The notes under the pieces are model-generated. The model searched no databases. It was given only the letters and a program-made list of their open reading frames with translations, and was not told the DNA's origin. Shown here one piece after another: positions 1 to 7,732 of a stretch of DNA of 64,000 bases. Location of the stretch: positions 214 to 64,213 of the forward strand of contig CAYQAC010000009.1 of the NCBI GenBank assembly GCA_964415255.1, in the 5' to 3' direction. The number at the start of each line of letters is the position of its first letter. Position 1 is the first letter of the stretch. The translations under genes were made by a program, and so were the position numbers. The stretch comes from an uncultured Polyangiaceae bacterium (GTDB taxonomy: Bacteria > Myxococcota_A > Polyangia > Polyangiales > Polyangiaceae).

Positions 1-3
1 ACG

Positions 4-1212
4 ATGACCCCGCCCCGCCGTCGAGCCACCCTACCTGCCGCTAAGTCAGCCGGCCAGTCTACTGGTGGGGCGGGTTCGAAGCCGTCGAAACGCACTGTAG
101 GGGCGGGTTTGAAACCCGCCCGGCCAACCACCACACGCACTGCTTCCGCGCGGTCGCAAGGCGCGGGTCACCTGGTGGTCTCCATCGGGTGTCCGGCGGG
201 CGTGGGCCCTGAGGTGTCCGTCGCGGCGGCCCTGCGCTACGCGGCGGGTGAGGGGCACGCGGGGCCGGGGCGCACCCGCGTGAGGGGCGGGCGGCCGAGC
301 GTGGTGCTGGTGGGGGACAGCGCCACGCTGAGGGCAGCGGTGGATTTTTTGGGGGTTGGGGAGCACCTGCTGGTGCCGTTCGCGACGTCGGCTGACGGAG
401 CGCCCGCGCCGCCAGGCGCCGTGTTCGTCTACGACCCTGGCGTGCGGGTGACCCCGCGAGACCGCACGAAGGGTGCCCCCACACGTCGCGCCGGCGCCGC
501 GCAGCTCACCTTCATCGAGGCGGCTTACGGCCTCACCCGCGCGCTGCCGCGCGCCGCGCTGGTGACTGGCCCCGTGAGTAAGGAGGCGATCGCGCGCTCC
601 GGGGTGCCTGGTTCGGAGACCTTCCTAGGGCACACCGAGTGGCTGCAGGCGCTCGACGGCGCCAAGACGAGCGTGATGTGCTTCGCCTCGCAGGCGCTGG
701 TGACGAGCTTGGTCACGACGCACCTGCCGCTCAGCGCGGTGCCAAGCGCCCTGACGCGGAGCGGGGTGAAGACGGCGTGCCTCGCCTTGGCGGAGCTGCT
801 CGCCGCGCGCGGCCACGTGAAGCCAACCGTCGCCGTGTGCTCCTTGAATCCCCACGCGGGTGAGGGCGAGCTGCTCGGCGCCGAAGAGCGCACCGCGATC
901 GCCCCTGGCATCGCCGCGGCGCGGCGCGCGTGTGACGCGCGCTTCATTGGGCCGATCGGCGCTGAGACAGCGTACCGCAAGGCGGCGCGCGGTGAGTACG
1001 CTGGGGTGGTGGCGATGTACCACGATCAAGCGACCATCCCGATGAAGCTGCTCGCCTTCGGCGACGCCGTGAACATCACCATGGGCCTGTCCATCGTGCG
1101 CACTAGCGTGGATCATGGCACCGGCTACGACATCGCCTGGCGCGGCACCGCGAACCCGTCAGGTATGCTGAGCGCCCTAGTGTGCGCCGAGCAGCTGCTC
1201 GCGCGGCGCTGA
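4..1212 (+). CDS. pdxA: 4-hydroxythreonine-4-phosphate dehydrogenase PdxA
   Basis: Motifs HLVVSIGCPAGVGPEV, TGPVSKEAI, GHTEWL, LNPHAGEGELLG, AMYHDQATIPMKLL, RTSVDHGTGYDIAWRG. Residues 1-55 are low-complexity and carry REP palindromes, so the real start is probably internal (CTG 172 or GTG 175). Confidence 0.9.
   Translation: MTPPRRRATLPAAKSAGQSTGGAGSKPSKRTVGAGLKPARPTTTRTASARSQGAGHLVVSIGCPAGVGPEVSVAAALRYAAGEGHAGPGRTRVRGGRPSVVLVGDSATLRAAVDFLGVGEHLLVPFATSADGAPAPPGAVFVYDPGVRVTPRDRTKGAPTRRAGAAQLTFIEAAYGLTRALPRAALVTGPVSKEAIARSGVPGSETFLGHTEWLQALDGAKTSVMCFASQALVTSLVTTHLPLSAVPSALTRSGVKTACLALAELLAARGHVKPTVAVCSLNPHAGEGELLGAEERTAIAPGIAAARRACDARFIGPIGAETAYRKAARGEYAGVVAMYHDQATIPMKLLAFGDAVNITMGLSIVRTSVDHGTGYDIAWRGTANPSGMLSALVCAEQLLARR
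97..121. repeat. REP-A palindrome GTAGGGGCGGGTTTGAAACCCGCCC
   Basis: 10-bp arms GGGCGGGTTT / AAACCCGCCC around one central base. The same 25-mer occurs in reverse complement at 34621-34645. A half-copy GGGGCGGGTTCGAA lies at about 67-80. Confidence 0.8.
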
Positions 1213-1220
1213 GGTGCGTG

Positions 1221-1374
1221 GCGCTGTAGTGCGCTTTGGGCGGCGCTGTAGTGCGCTTTGGGTGGCGCTACAGTGCGCTTTGGGCGGCGCTACAGTGCGC
1301 TTCGGGCGGCGCTGCAGTGCGCTTCGGGCGGCGCTGCAGTGCGCTTTGGGCGGCGCTGCAGTGCGCTTTGGGCG
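1221..1374. repeat. Tandem repeat, 22 bp x 7 (GCGCTGCAGTGCGCTTTGGGCG)
   Basis: Seven contiguous units start 9 nt after the pdxA stop. Unit variants change stepwise along the array (GTAG/ACAG/GCAG and TTT/TTC). There are no spacers. Confidence 0.95.
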
Positions 1375-1449
1375 CCAACATGCAGCCTAAAATGGCTCGT
1401 TGCGCCGCGTTGTGGCGGTGAGCTGACGAAATAGGCTGACCGCAGCGGC

Positions 1450-2298
1450 TCAGGCTGGGTGGGTCGTCAGGGCACCCGTCATGATTTGGATCAGGCCCTC
1501 GGGGTTGTCGGCGTGCACCCAGTGACCTGAGCCTTGAAGGGCGTGCAGCTTCACGCGGGCGGCGGGGGGGAGCGCCTCTGCGCGGGCGATGTCGGGCGGG
1601 GCGTAGCGATCGCTCTCAGTGGCGTACAGGAGGTGCACGTCGGGCGAGGCGCGGCGCGCCTCAAGCCAGGGCCACATATCCTCGCGGAAATAATCACGGA
1701 GGAGCTCCTTGATGATGTCGAGATCGAAGGCCCAGCGGTAGCTCCCGCCATCCCGGCGCAGGTTGGTCGTCATCCAGCGGGCGGTGCCGAGGCTGACGCC
1801 GCGCGCGGTGAGCGCCTCGAGCATCGCTTCACGGCTGGGGAAGGGGTAAGGCTCCTCACGGGTCACGGCCTCCAGCCGGCTCACCAGGTGCCCCACCTCA
1901 CCGCCCTGGCCGCGGGGCTGCTCCCCCGGGGGTGAGTCCAGCGCCCACACCTGGCGCAAGCCCACGGGCAGCAGCTCCGCGAATTTCAGCGCGACCTTCC
2001 CACCGAAGGAGTGGCCGATCATCGCGTCGGCGGTGAGGCCGTGGGCGTCCAGCGTCGCGGCGACGTCGCGTACGGAGCGCGCCACGGTGAAGGGGCCACC
2101 CTGCGCCTGGGAGGTGGGCGCGGAGTCGCCGTGTCCGGGCAGATCGATCAGCGCGACTTGGCTGCCCGGCACCGTCTCCACCAGGCGGCGCCCGAGGCCG
2201 CGCAGGTTGCTGCCTGAGCCGAGGATCCCATGCAGCAGCACCAAGGTGCGGGCGGCGTGGGCGTCGCCCAGCCGTGTGAGCGAGAGCGGGGAGGTCAC
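1450..2298 (-). CDS. alpha/beta-fold hydrolase
   Basis: HGILGSGSN oxyanion region, GHSFGG nucleophile elbow, C-terminal GSGHWVHADNPEG histidine motif. Confidence 0.8.
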   Translation of the reverse strand: MTSPLSLTRLGDAHAARTLVLLHGILGSGSNLRGLGRRLVETVPGSQVALIDLPGHGDSAPTSQAQGGPFTVARSVRDVAATLDAHGLTADAMIGHSFGGKVALKFAELLPVGLRQVWALDSPPGEQPRGQGGEVGHLVSRLEAVTREEPYPFPSREAMLEALTARGVSLGTARWMTTNLRRDGGSYRWAFDLDIIKELLRDYFREDMWPWLEARRASPDVHLLYATESDRYAPPDIARAEALPPAARVKLHALQGSGHWVHADNPEGLIQIMTGALTTHPA

Positions 2299-2451
2299 GG
2301 GCCTTAGGTAGTACGGCGAGGGCCTGGGTGACTAGCCTCCTTCACGCTCGGCGACGCCTGGCTCGCCCGCGCGTCGCCCCGGCCGTGGCGCTCACGGGGC
2401 AACCGCGGGCGTCCCTCGACAAGCGCTGAAGAGTCGGATACCGGACCGAGC

Positions 2452-4491
2452 ATGGTCGCCTCGAAGCGCGATGCGTCGGAGCGCGCCGCCTTGAAGCGCG
2501 ATGCGTCGGAGCGCGCCGCCTTGAAGCGCGCCGCGCTGGAGCGGCGGCGAGCGACCGCGCTGGAGCGCAGCTTACGGCGGGCGAGCCCGCTCGAGCAGTG
2601 GACGCTGCGCCTGGCGGCGGCTCACGCCGAGCAGCGGACCCCGCCAGGGCGCTGGCTCCCGAGCGCGCTCAGGTCGCTCGCGCTGCAGCTTGCGGCCGCG
2701 CGCGGCGCACTCGTGAGTGTCCCTGACGAAGAGGCCTGGCTGAGCGCGGGGGCTGGCCTCCCGCCGGGGCACCCGCTCGCCGCCGCGCGGCTGTTTCAGG
2801 AGCAGCTCCCGCCGCTGCCTGCGTTTGACGCCCAGCTCAGCGTGGAGCTGGCTGCGGCGCTGGCTCGGCTGGTGGCAGAGGACACGAGCCCAGCGCTGCT
2901 TGGCCGCGCCTACCAAAAGCTGATCGCGGGTCGACACCCGGGCGCGCTCCGGCTCCGGGGGGTCGGTGCCGCGCGGAAACGTAGCGGCAGCTTCTACACG
3001 CCGAGCGCGGTGTCGCGCGAGCTGGCTGAGCGCGCGCTCGAGCGCTGCCCGGAGCCGCGGTCGGTGTGCGACCCGGCGGTGGGCGGCGGCGCCTTCTTGC
3101 TGGCCTGTTACGACGCTTGGGTGGGTGAGGGGGCGCCGGCTGCGCGGCGGCTCGCGGTGCTAGCGAGGATGGTGGGGGCGGACACCTCCCCGCTCGCGCT
3201 GGCGCTCACCGAGCTCAGCCTTTGGCTTACGCTCTCGTTGCCTGAGCTCCCCATCTCCGAGCTGCCGACGCGCTTGCTCCAGGGCGACTCGCTCGGCGTG
3301 GGGCTGGGGCGGCGCGTGGATTGGGCGCGCGAGGTCCCTGATGTGTTTCAGCAGGGCGGCTTTCAGCTCGTGATCGGCAACCCGCCGTGGGTCGCCTTCG
3401 CGGGGCGCGCGGCTCAGCCGCTCGCTCAGCGGACACGCGACGCGCTCTCGCGTCGCTACCAGGCGTGGCGCGGCTTCCCGACCTTGCAGAGCGCCTTCGT
3501 CGAGTTGGCCGCGCGGACGCTCGCGCCGCGCGGCGTGGTCTCGCTGCTCATGCCGAGCCCAATCGCGGATCTCTCGGGGTACGCCGCGCTCCGCCGCGTC
3601 GCCACCGAGCGCCACACCCTGGTGACGCCCCTCCGTGAGGTGTCGCGGCGCGCGTTCACTGAGGTGGCGCAGCCCTGCTTCGGCCTCTTGCTGGCACCTT
3701 CAGAGGCGGCCACGGCGAGCGAGGAGCCGTGGCCCTTGCTCGAGCGGAGCGGCAGCGCCACGCTCATGGAGCCCCCGGCGGCGCTCGTTCGGTTAGCTGA
3801 CTTTCCGCGGCTGCCGCGGAGCTGCTTCATGGAGCGCGGCTTCCGCACGGCGAAGGACGTCGCGCGCAGGCTGCTCCGGCGCGCCGCGGCCCCTGAGGGG
3901 CCGTTTCAGGTGCCGCTGCTCGAAGGGAAATGCGTCTCGGCCTTTCATCGCGGGCCGCCGCGGCTGTTCCTTCATCCAGATGAGGCGGCGCTCGCGGAGC
4001 GACACGTGCGCCTGCCCAGCGCCGCGCAGTTTCGCGCGGTTCAGTTTTTAGTCAGACAAACAGCCCATCGACCGATCGCGGCGCTCCACGACGGCGGGCT
4101 GTTCAGGAACTCGCTGATCGCCGGCTTCGCCTGCCCGCCGTACTCCGCCGTCACCCTGGTGGCGCTGCTCAACTCAAGCCTCTACCACGCGCTGCACCTC
4201 GCGCTGTTCCGCGACTCGCGCCAGGCGGTGTTCCCCCAAGTGAAGGTGGCGCACCTGCGCGCGCTGCCCGCGCCGCGGCCTGGCGCGGCCTTGAACCTGG
4301 TGGAGGCGCTCGGGGCCGCATCGATTGCCGCACGGAATCAAGGTCAGCCGCTGCCGGCGCCGCTCCTCGCGGCGCTGGAGTCCGCCGTCTACGCGGCGTT
4401 CGGCGTCTCGAAGGTGGAGCGTGAGGCGATTGAGGGCTTCTTGGCGCAGCACGGGGGGCCGCGGCGTCGGGCGCGCGGCGCGCGCTGGTGA
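2452..4491 (+). CDS. N6-adenine DNA methyltransferase, gamma class (Eco57I/TaqI-like), orphan
   Basis: FYTP, DPAVGGGAFLL (AdoMet motif I), VIGNPPW (catalytic NPPW). The C-terminal TaqI_C-like target-recognition region has LLNSSLYHAL and LRALP. No nuclease gene is adjacent. Confidence 0.8.
   Translation: MVASKRDASERAALKRDASERAALKRAALERRRATALERSLRRASPLEQWTLRLAAAHAEQRTPPGRWLPSALRSLALQLAAARGALVSVPDEEAWLSAGAGLPPGHPLAAARLFQEQLPPLPAFDAQLSVELAAALARLVAEDTSPALLGRAYQKLIAGRHPGALRLRGVGAARKRSGSFYTPSAVSRELAERALERCPEPRSVCDPAVGGGAFLLACYDAWVGEGAPAARRLAVLARMVGADTSPLALALTELSLWLTLSLPELPISELPTRLLQGDSLGVGLGRRVDWAREVPDVFQQGGFQLVIGNPPWVAFAGRAAQPLAQRTRDALSRRYQAWRGFPTLQSAFVELAARTLAPRGVVSLLMPSPIADLSGYAALRRVATERHTLVTPLREVSRRAFTEVAQPCFGLLLAPSEAATASEEPWPLLERSGSATLMEPPAALVRLADFPRLPRSCFMERGFRTAKDVARRLLRRAAAPEGPFQVPLLEGKCVSAFHRGPPRLFLHPDEAALAERHVRLPSAAQFRAVQFLVRQTAHRPIAALHDGGLFRNSLIAGFACPPYSAVTLVALLNSSLYHALHLALFRDSRQAVFPQVKVAHLRALPAPRPGAALNLVEALGAASIAARNQGQPLPAPLLAALESAVYAAFGVSKVEREAIEGFLAQHGGPRRRARGARW
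2463..2530. repeat. Perfect 30-bp tandem duplication inside the methyltransferase 5' coding region
   Basis: GAAGCGCGATGCGTCGGAGCGCGCCGCCTT x2 plus an 8-nt partial third copy. It encodes KRDASERAAL twice. Confidence 0.95.
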
Positions 4492-4550
4492 GGTTTAGGG
4501 GCACCTGGAGCGGCGCGCAGTGACTGCAGCGCCGAGCGGCGCCGCGCATT

Positions 4551-4569
4551 GGGACCAACCCCCCAAACC
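4551..4569 (-). repeat. REP-C (G5-box) copy, reverse orientation
   Basis: GGGACCAACCCCCCAAACC, intergenic between the methyltransferase and PPOX genes. Confidence 0.7.
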
Positions 4570-4633
4570 AACAGGGGAAATCAGCGCTGGGAGTGGCGCT
4601 GAGGCTCGAAGCGCCCCGAGGTGTCGCGACCGA

Positions 4634-4661
4634 TTGACGGCGGAGACGACGCCTCTACGAT
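4634..4661 (+). promoter_or_regulatory. sigma-70-like promoter, probably giving a leaderless mRNA
   Basis: TTGACG (4634-4639), 16-nt spacer, TACGAT (4656-4661). The ATG at 4668 lies 7 nt after the -10 element. Confidence 0.35.
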
Positions 4662-4667
4662 GCGGGG

Positions 4668-5060
4668 ATGATCATCCCGGAAGCCTTCATCCCGCTGCTC
4701 ACCACTCAGAAGTCGTTCGCGCACCTGGCGACCGTGATGCCTGACGGCACCCCGCAGGTGACCCCGGTGTGGATTGACTTCGACGGCAGCCACGTATTGG
4801 TCAACACAGCTGTCGGTCGCCTGAAAGATCGCAACCTGAGCGCCCGCGCCGAGGTGGGGCTCTCCATCTGCGATCCTGACAACCCCTACCGCTACCTGGC
4901 GATCCGGGGGCGCGTGGTGGAGCGCAGCCTGGAGGGCGCGGAGGAGCACATCGACACGCTGGCTCAGCGCTACCTCGGGAGCCCATATCCTTTCCGTAAG
5001 GAAAATGAGGTCCGTGTGCTGTTCCGCGTGGAGCCGCTCAAGGTCAGCGCCCAGGGCTGA
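4668..5060 (+). CDS. pyridoxamine 5'-phosphate oxidase-family (PPOX-class, possibly F420/FMN-binding) protein
   Basis: 130 aa with LATVMPDGTPQVTPVW, HVLVNTAVGRLKDRN, NPYRYLAIRGRV, typical of the split-barrel PPOX family. Confidence 0.75.
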   Translation: MIIPEAFIPLLTTQKSFAHLATVMPDGTPQVTPVWIDFDGSHVLVNTAVGRLKDRNLSARAEVGLSICDPDNPYRYLAIRGRVVERSLEGAEEHIDTLAQRYLGSPYPFRKENEVRVLFRVEPLKVSAQG

Positions 5061-5145
5061 GGCGTGCCAACCAAGGCCCATTGAGCACAGCGGCGCCTGC
5101 CCCAGCGGGAGCACGAGTGGGAGCCCATGGACTCGCGCTGCGCGT

Positions 5146-5180
5146 TGGATTTTTGGGGGGTTGGACGGCACCGCGCCGCG
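5146..5180 (+). repeat. REP-C (G5-box) copy, forward, archetype
   Basis: TTGGATTTTTGGGGGGTTGGACGGCACCGCGCCGCG, intergenic. Confidence 0.8.
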
Positions 5181-5403
5181 TGTGACAGGGAGCGTCCGTT
5201 GGGGGCGCTCCACCACACGCTGAGGTGAGCTGCCCCCAACGTCAGGCTTACAACCTGGTTAGAGGTAGGAGCGAACTCATGCGGGAGATTGATCTCGCTG
5301 CGCGCTGCCCTTACCCTGTGGCGGTGTGACGCAGGCTGGGTGCGCACAGCGGCGCTGAGGCGCCGTTCGATTTCGAGGCTCAGGCCCTCGAGCAAGGAAC
5401 GCT

Positions 5404-7719
5404 ATGAAGATGGGACTTGGGACCTCACGGGTGGTGCTCGCGCTGGCGGGCCTCGTCGCCTCAAGCTTGCTGCTCGGCGGGTCGGGCTGCTCCTCGGGGG
5501 AGGAGTCGGGCGAAGAGGCAGACGGCGCTTGCCTCTCGAACCGCGCCTTCTTCGCGCAGAAGGTGTGGGGGCCGGTGGTCCAGACCACCTGCCTCAACTG
5601 CCACTCGCCTGACGGCGTGGCGGCGGAGGAGGGCGCGGAGCTGCAGCTCCTGCCGCCTGGCTACCCAGGCTTCCTGGACACCAACATGGCCGCGCTGGCG
5701 GAGATGGCGAAGCTTGAGAGCGACGGGAAATCGGTCGTGCTCCGCAAGCCGCTCGGTGAGCTCTCTCACGGCGGCGGCGTGCAGCTCAGCGCGGACAGCA
5801 AGGAGTACAAGGCGCTGGCCGAGCTCATCGAGCGTTTCCGCACGGCAGAGTCCTGCGCGGAGGAGCCTCAGGTGGCGAGCTTCCCGGGCGTGCAGCAGCT
5901 GGGTGAGCTGGGCACCTTCCGCAAGGCCTCCCTGCAACTGACAGGCAAGCTGCCCAGCGCGGAGGAGGTGGACGCGCTGCGCGAAGGTGGCCTCGCCGCC
6001 CTGCCGGGCGCCATCGACAAGCTGCTGGAGACGCCGGAGTTCCTCGCCTGGCTGAAGGAGGCGTATAACGACGTCCTCCTGACCGATCGCTACTTGGCGT
6101 ACAACGGCTACGCGCTGAATATCCTGAACGCAGAGCAGTTCCCCTACGCGCGGGATGTTTATGACAACTACTCTGACGAAGACCGGGCGCGCATCAGCCG
6201 CGCGGTGGCGCGCGAGCCGCTCGAGCTCATCGCGTACATCGTGAAGAATAACCTGCCGTACAGCGAGATCCTCACGGCGGACTACACGATGATGAACCCG
6301 TTCTCGGCGCGGGTTTATAACGACACCACGGTGCAGTTCGACGACCCGACGGATGAGACCGAGTTCAAGCCGGGTAAGGTGCAGGTGCAGCTGGAGTCAG
6401 GGCTCACCCCCTACCCGCAAGCGGGGCTCATCACCTCGCCCATCTGGCTGAACCGCTACCCCACCACGCCCACGAATCGCAACCGTCACCGCGCGCGGAT
6501 GGTGATGGATCACTTCTTGGCGACGGACATCCTCGCGGTGGTGGATCGCCCGATTGACGCTGAGGAGACGGCCAAATACCAGAACCCCACGCGCGACGAT
6601 CCGACCTGCAACGGCTGCCACCGGCAGATGGATCCTATCGCGGGCGCGTTCCAGAAATTTGACCCGAACGATCAAGAGCGCCTGCGCCCAGAGGCCAACT
6701 GGCACCCTGAGATGTTCCCGCCTGGATATGGTCGGGAGGTGATGCAGACCAGCGATTTTGGCAATGCGCCAGCCTGGCTCGCGCAGCGACTGGTGCGAGA
6801 TCCACGCTTCGCCTACTCCGCGGTGCGCACGGTGTTCACGGCGCTCACTGGCTTCAAGCCGATGAGCTACCCCACGGACACGGACGGCGACCTCTTCGCG
6901 CAGCAGCTGGCCGCCTGGGAGGCGCAAGACGCCACGTTCCGCAGCCTGACTGACGATTTTGAAGAGAGCGGGCGCAACCTGAAGGTGCTGATCCGCGGTA
7001 TCATCATGAGCCCTTACTATCGCGCGCAAGCGGCGCCGGGCCTAGGTGATTCGCAGGCGGTGCAGATGCAAGAGCTCGGGCGCGCGCGCCTGGAGACGCC
7101 AGAGAGCCTGCAGCGGAAGATCGAGGCGGTGGTGGGGACGCCTTGGTCGCGCAGCTGGGACTCGCGCGGCTGGCTCACCAGCGACTACCGCGTGCTCTAT
7201 GGCGGCATCGACTCGGACACCATCACGCAGCGGCTCCCCGCGCCGAACGGCGTGATGGCGAACATCGTGTGGCGCATGGCGAACGAGGTGGCGTGCGCGG
7301 CGACTGCGTACGACTTCTTGCTGCCGAGCAGCGATCGCGCGCTGTTCCCCTACGTCACGATGGATCACGTCCCGGAGACGGCCACGGGTGACGGGGTGCC
7401 AGGCTCCGTGCAGACCATCCGCAAGAACATCCAATACCTCCACGCGCGCATCCTCGGGGAAGATCTCCCGCTCGATCATGAGGAGCTCAACGCGACGTAC
7501 CAGCTGTTCTTAGAGACCTGGCGCGAGGGCACCGGCAAGCTGGCCCGTGAAGAGGAGACGAACGGGCTCAAGTGGGGCTGCCGCGCGCGGACGGACCGCG
7601 CGACGGGCGAAGAGCTGCCCCGAGAGCAGCGCATCGAGAACGACCCCAACTACACCGTTCGCGCGTGGATGGCGGTCATCACCTACCTCCTCAGCGACTA
7701 TCGCTTCTTGCACGACTGA
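5404..7719 (+). CDS. secreted heme-c motif protein of the DUF1585/DUF1588/DUF1592-type family
   Basis: Signal/lipobox-like N-terminus (LLLGGSGCSS), CLNCH heme-binding motif, CNGCHRQMDPIAGAFQKFD (DUF1585-like). Paired with the downstream Tat-secreted partner, as in planctomycete/myxobacterial gene pairs. Confidence 0.6.
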   Translation: MKMGLGTSRVVLALAGLVASSLLLGGSGCSSGEESGEEADGACLSNRAFFAQKVWGPVVQTTCLNCHSPDGVAAEEGAELQLLPPGYPGFLDTNMAALAEMAKLESDGKSVVLRKPLGELSHGGGVQLSADSKEYKALAELIERFRTAESCAEEPQVASFPGVQQLGELGTFRKASLQLTGKLPSAEEVDALREGGLAALPGAIDKLLETPEFLAWLKEAYNDVLLTDRYLAYNGYALNILNAEQFPYARDVYDNYSDEDRARISRAVAREPLELIAYIVKNNLPYSEILTADYTMMNPFSARVYNDTTVQFDDPTDETEFKPGKVQVQLESGLTPYPQAGLITSPIWLNRYPTTPTNRNRHRARMVMDHFLATDILAVVDRPIDAEETAKYQNPTRDDPTCNGCHRQMDPIAGAFQKFDPNDQERLRPEANWHPEMFPPGYGREVMQTSDFGNAPAWLAQRLVRDPRFAYSAVRTVFTALTGFKPMSYPTDTDGDLFAQQLAAWEAQDATFRSLTDDFEESGRNLKVLIRGIIMSPYYRAQAAPGLGDSQAVQMQELGRARLETPESLQRKIEAVVGTPWSRSWDSRGWLTSDYRVLYGGIDSDTITQRLPAPNGVMANIVWRMANEVACAATAYDFLLPSSDRALFPYVTMDHVPETATGDGVPGSVQTIRKNIQYLHARILGEDLPLDHEELNATYQLFLETWREGTGKLAREEETNGLKWGCRARTDRATGEELPREQRIENDPNYTVRAWMAVITYLLSDYRFLHD

Positions 7720-7732
7720 AGGAACCATTCGC

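Noticed and set aside
345-362. REP-C-like string GGATTTTTTGGGGGTTGGGG inside pdxA
   Set aside because: It encodes DFLGVG, which aligns with a conserved PdxA segment (E. coli ..AAMLGLP.., from memory), and it lacks the GGCACCGCGC arm. Probably a chance resemblance. Flagged only.
1221-1374. Possible CRISPR array (regular short repeats)
   Set aside because: The units are contiguous 22-mers with no spacers, there are no cas genes nearby, and the repeat is too short. This is a minisatellite.
2452-4491. Methyltransferase as part of a complete restriction-modification, BREX or DISARM locus
   Set aside because: No nuclease, helicase, PglZ or similar gene lies within several kb on either side. The neighbours are metabolic.
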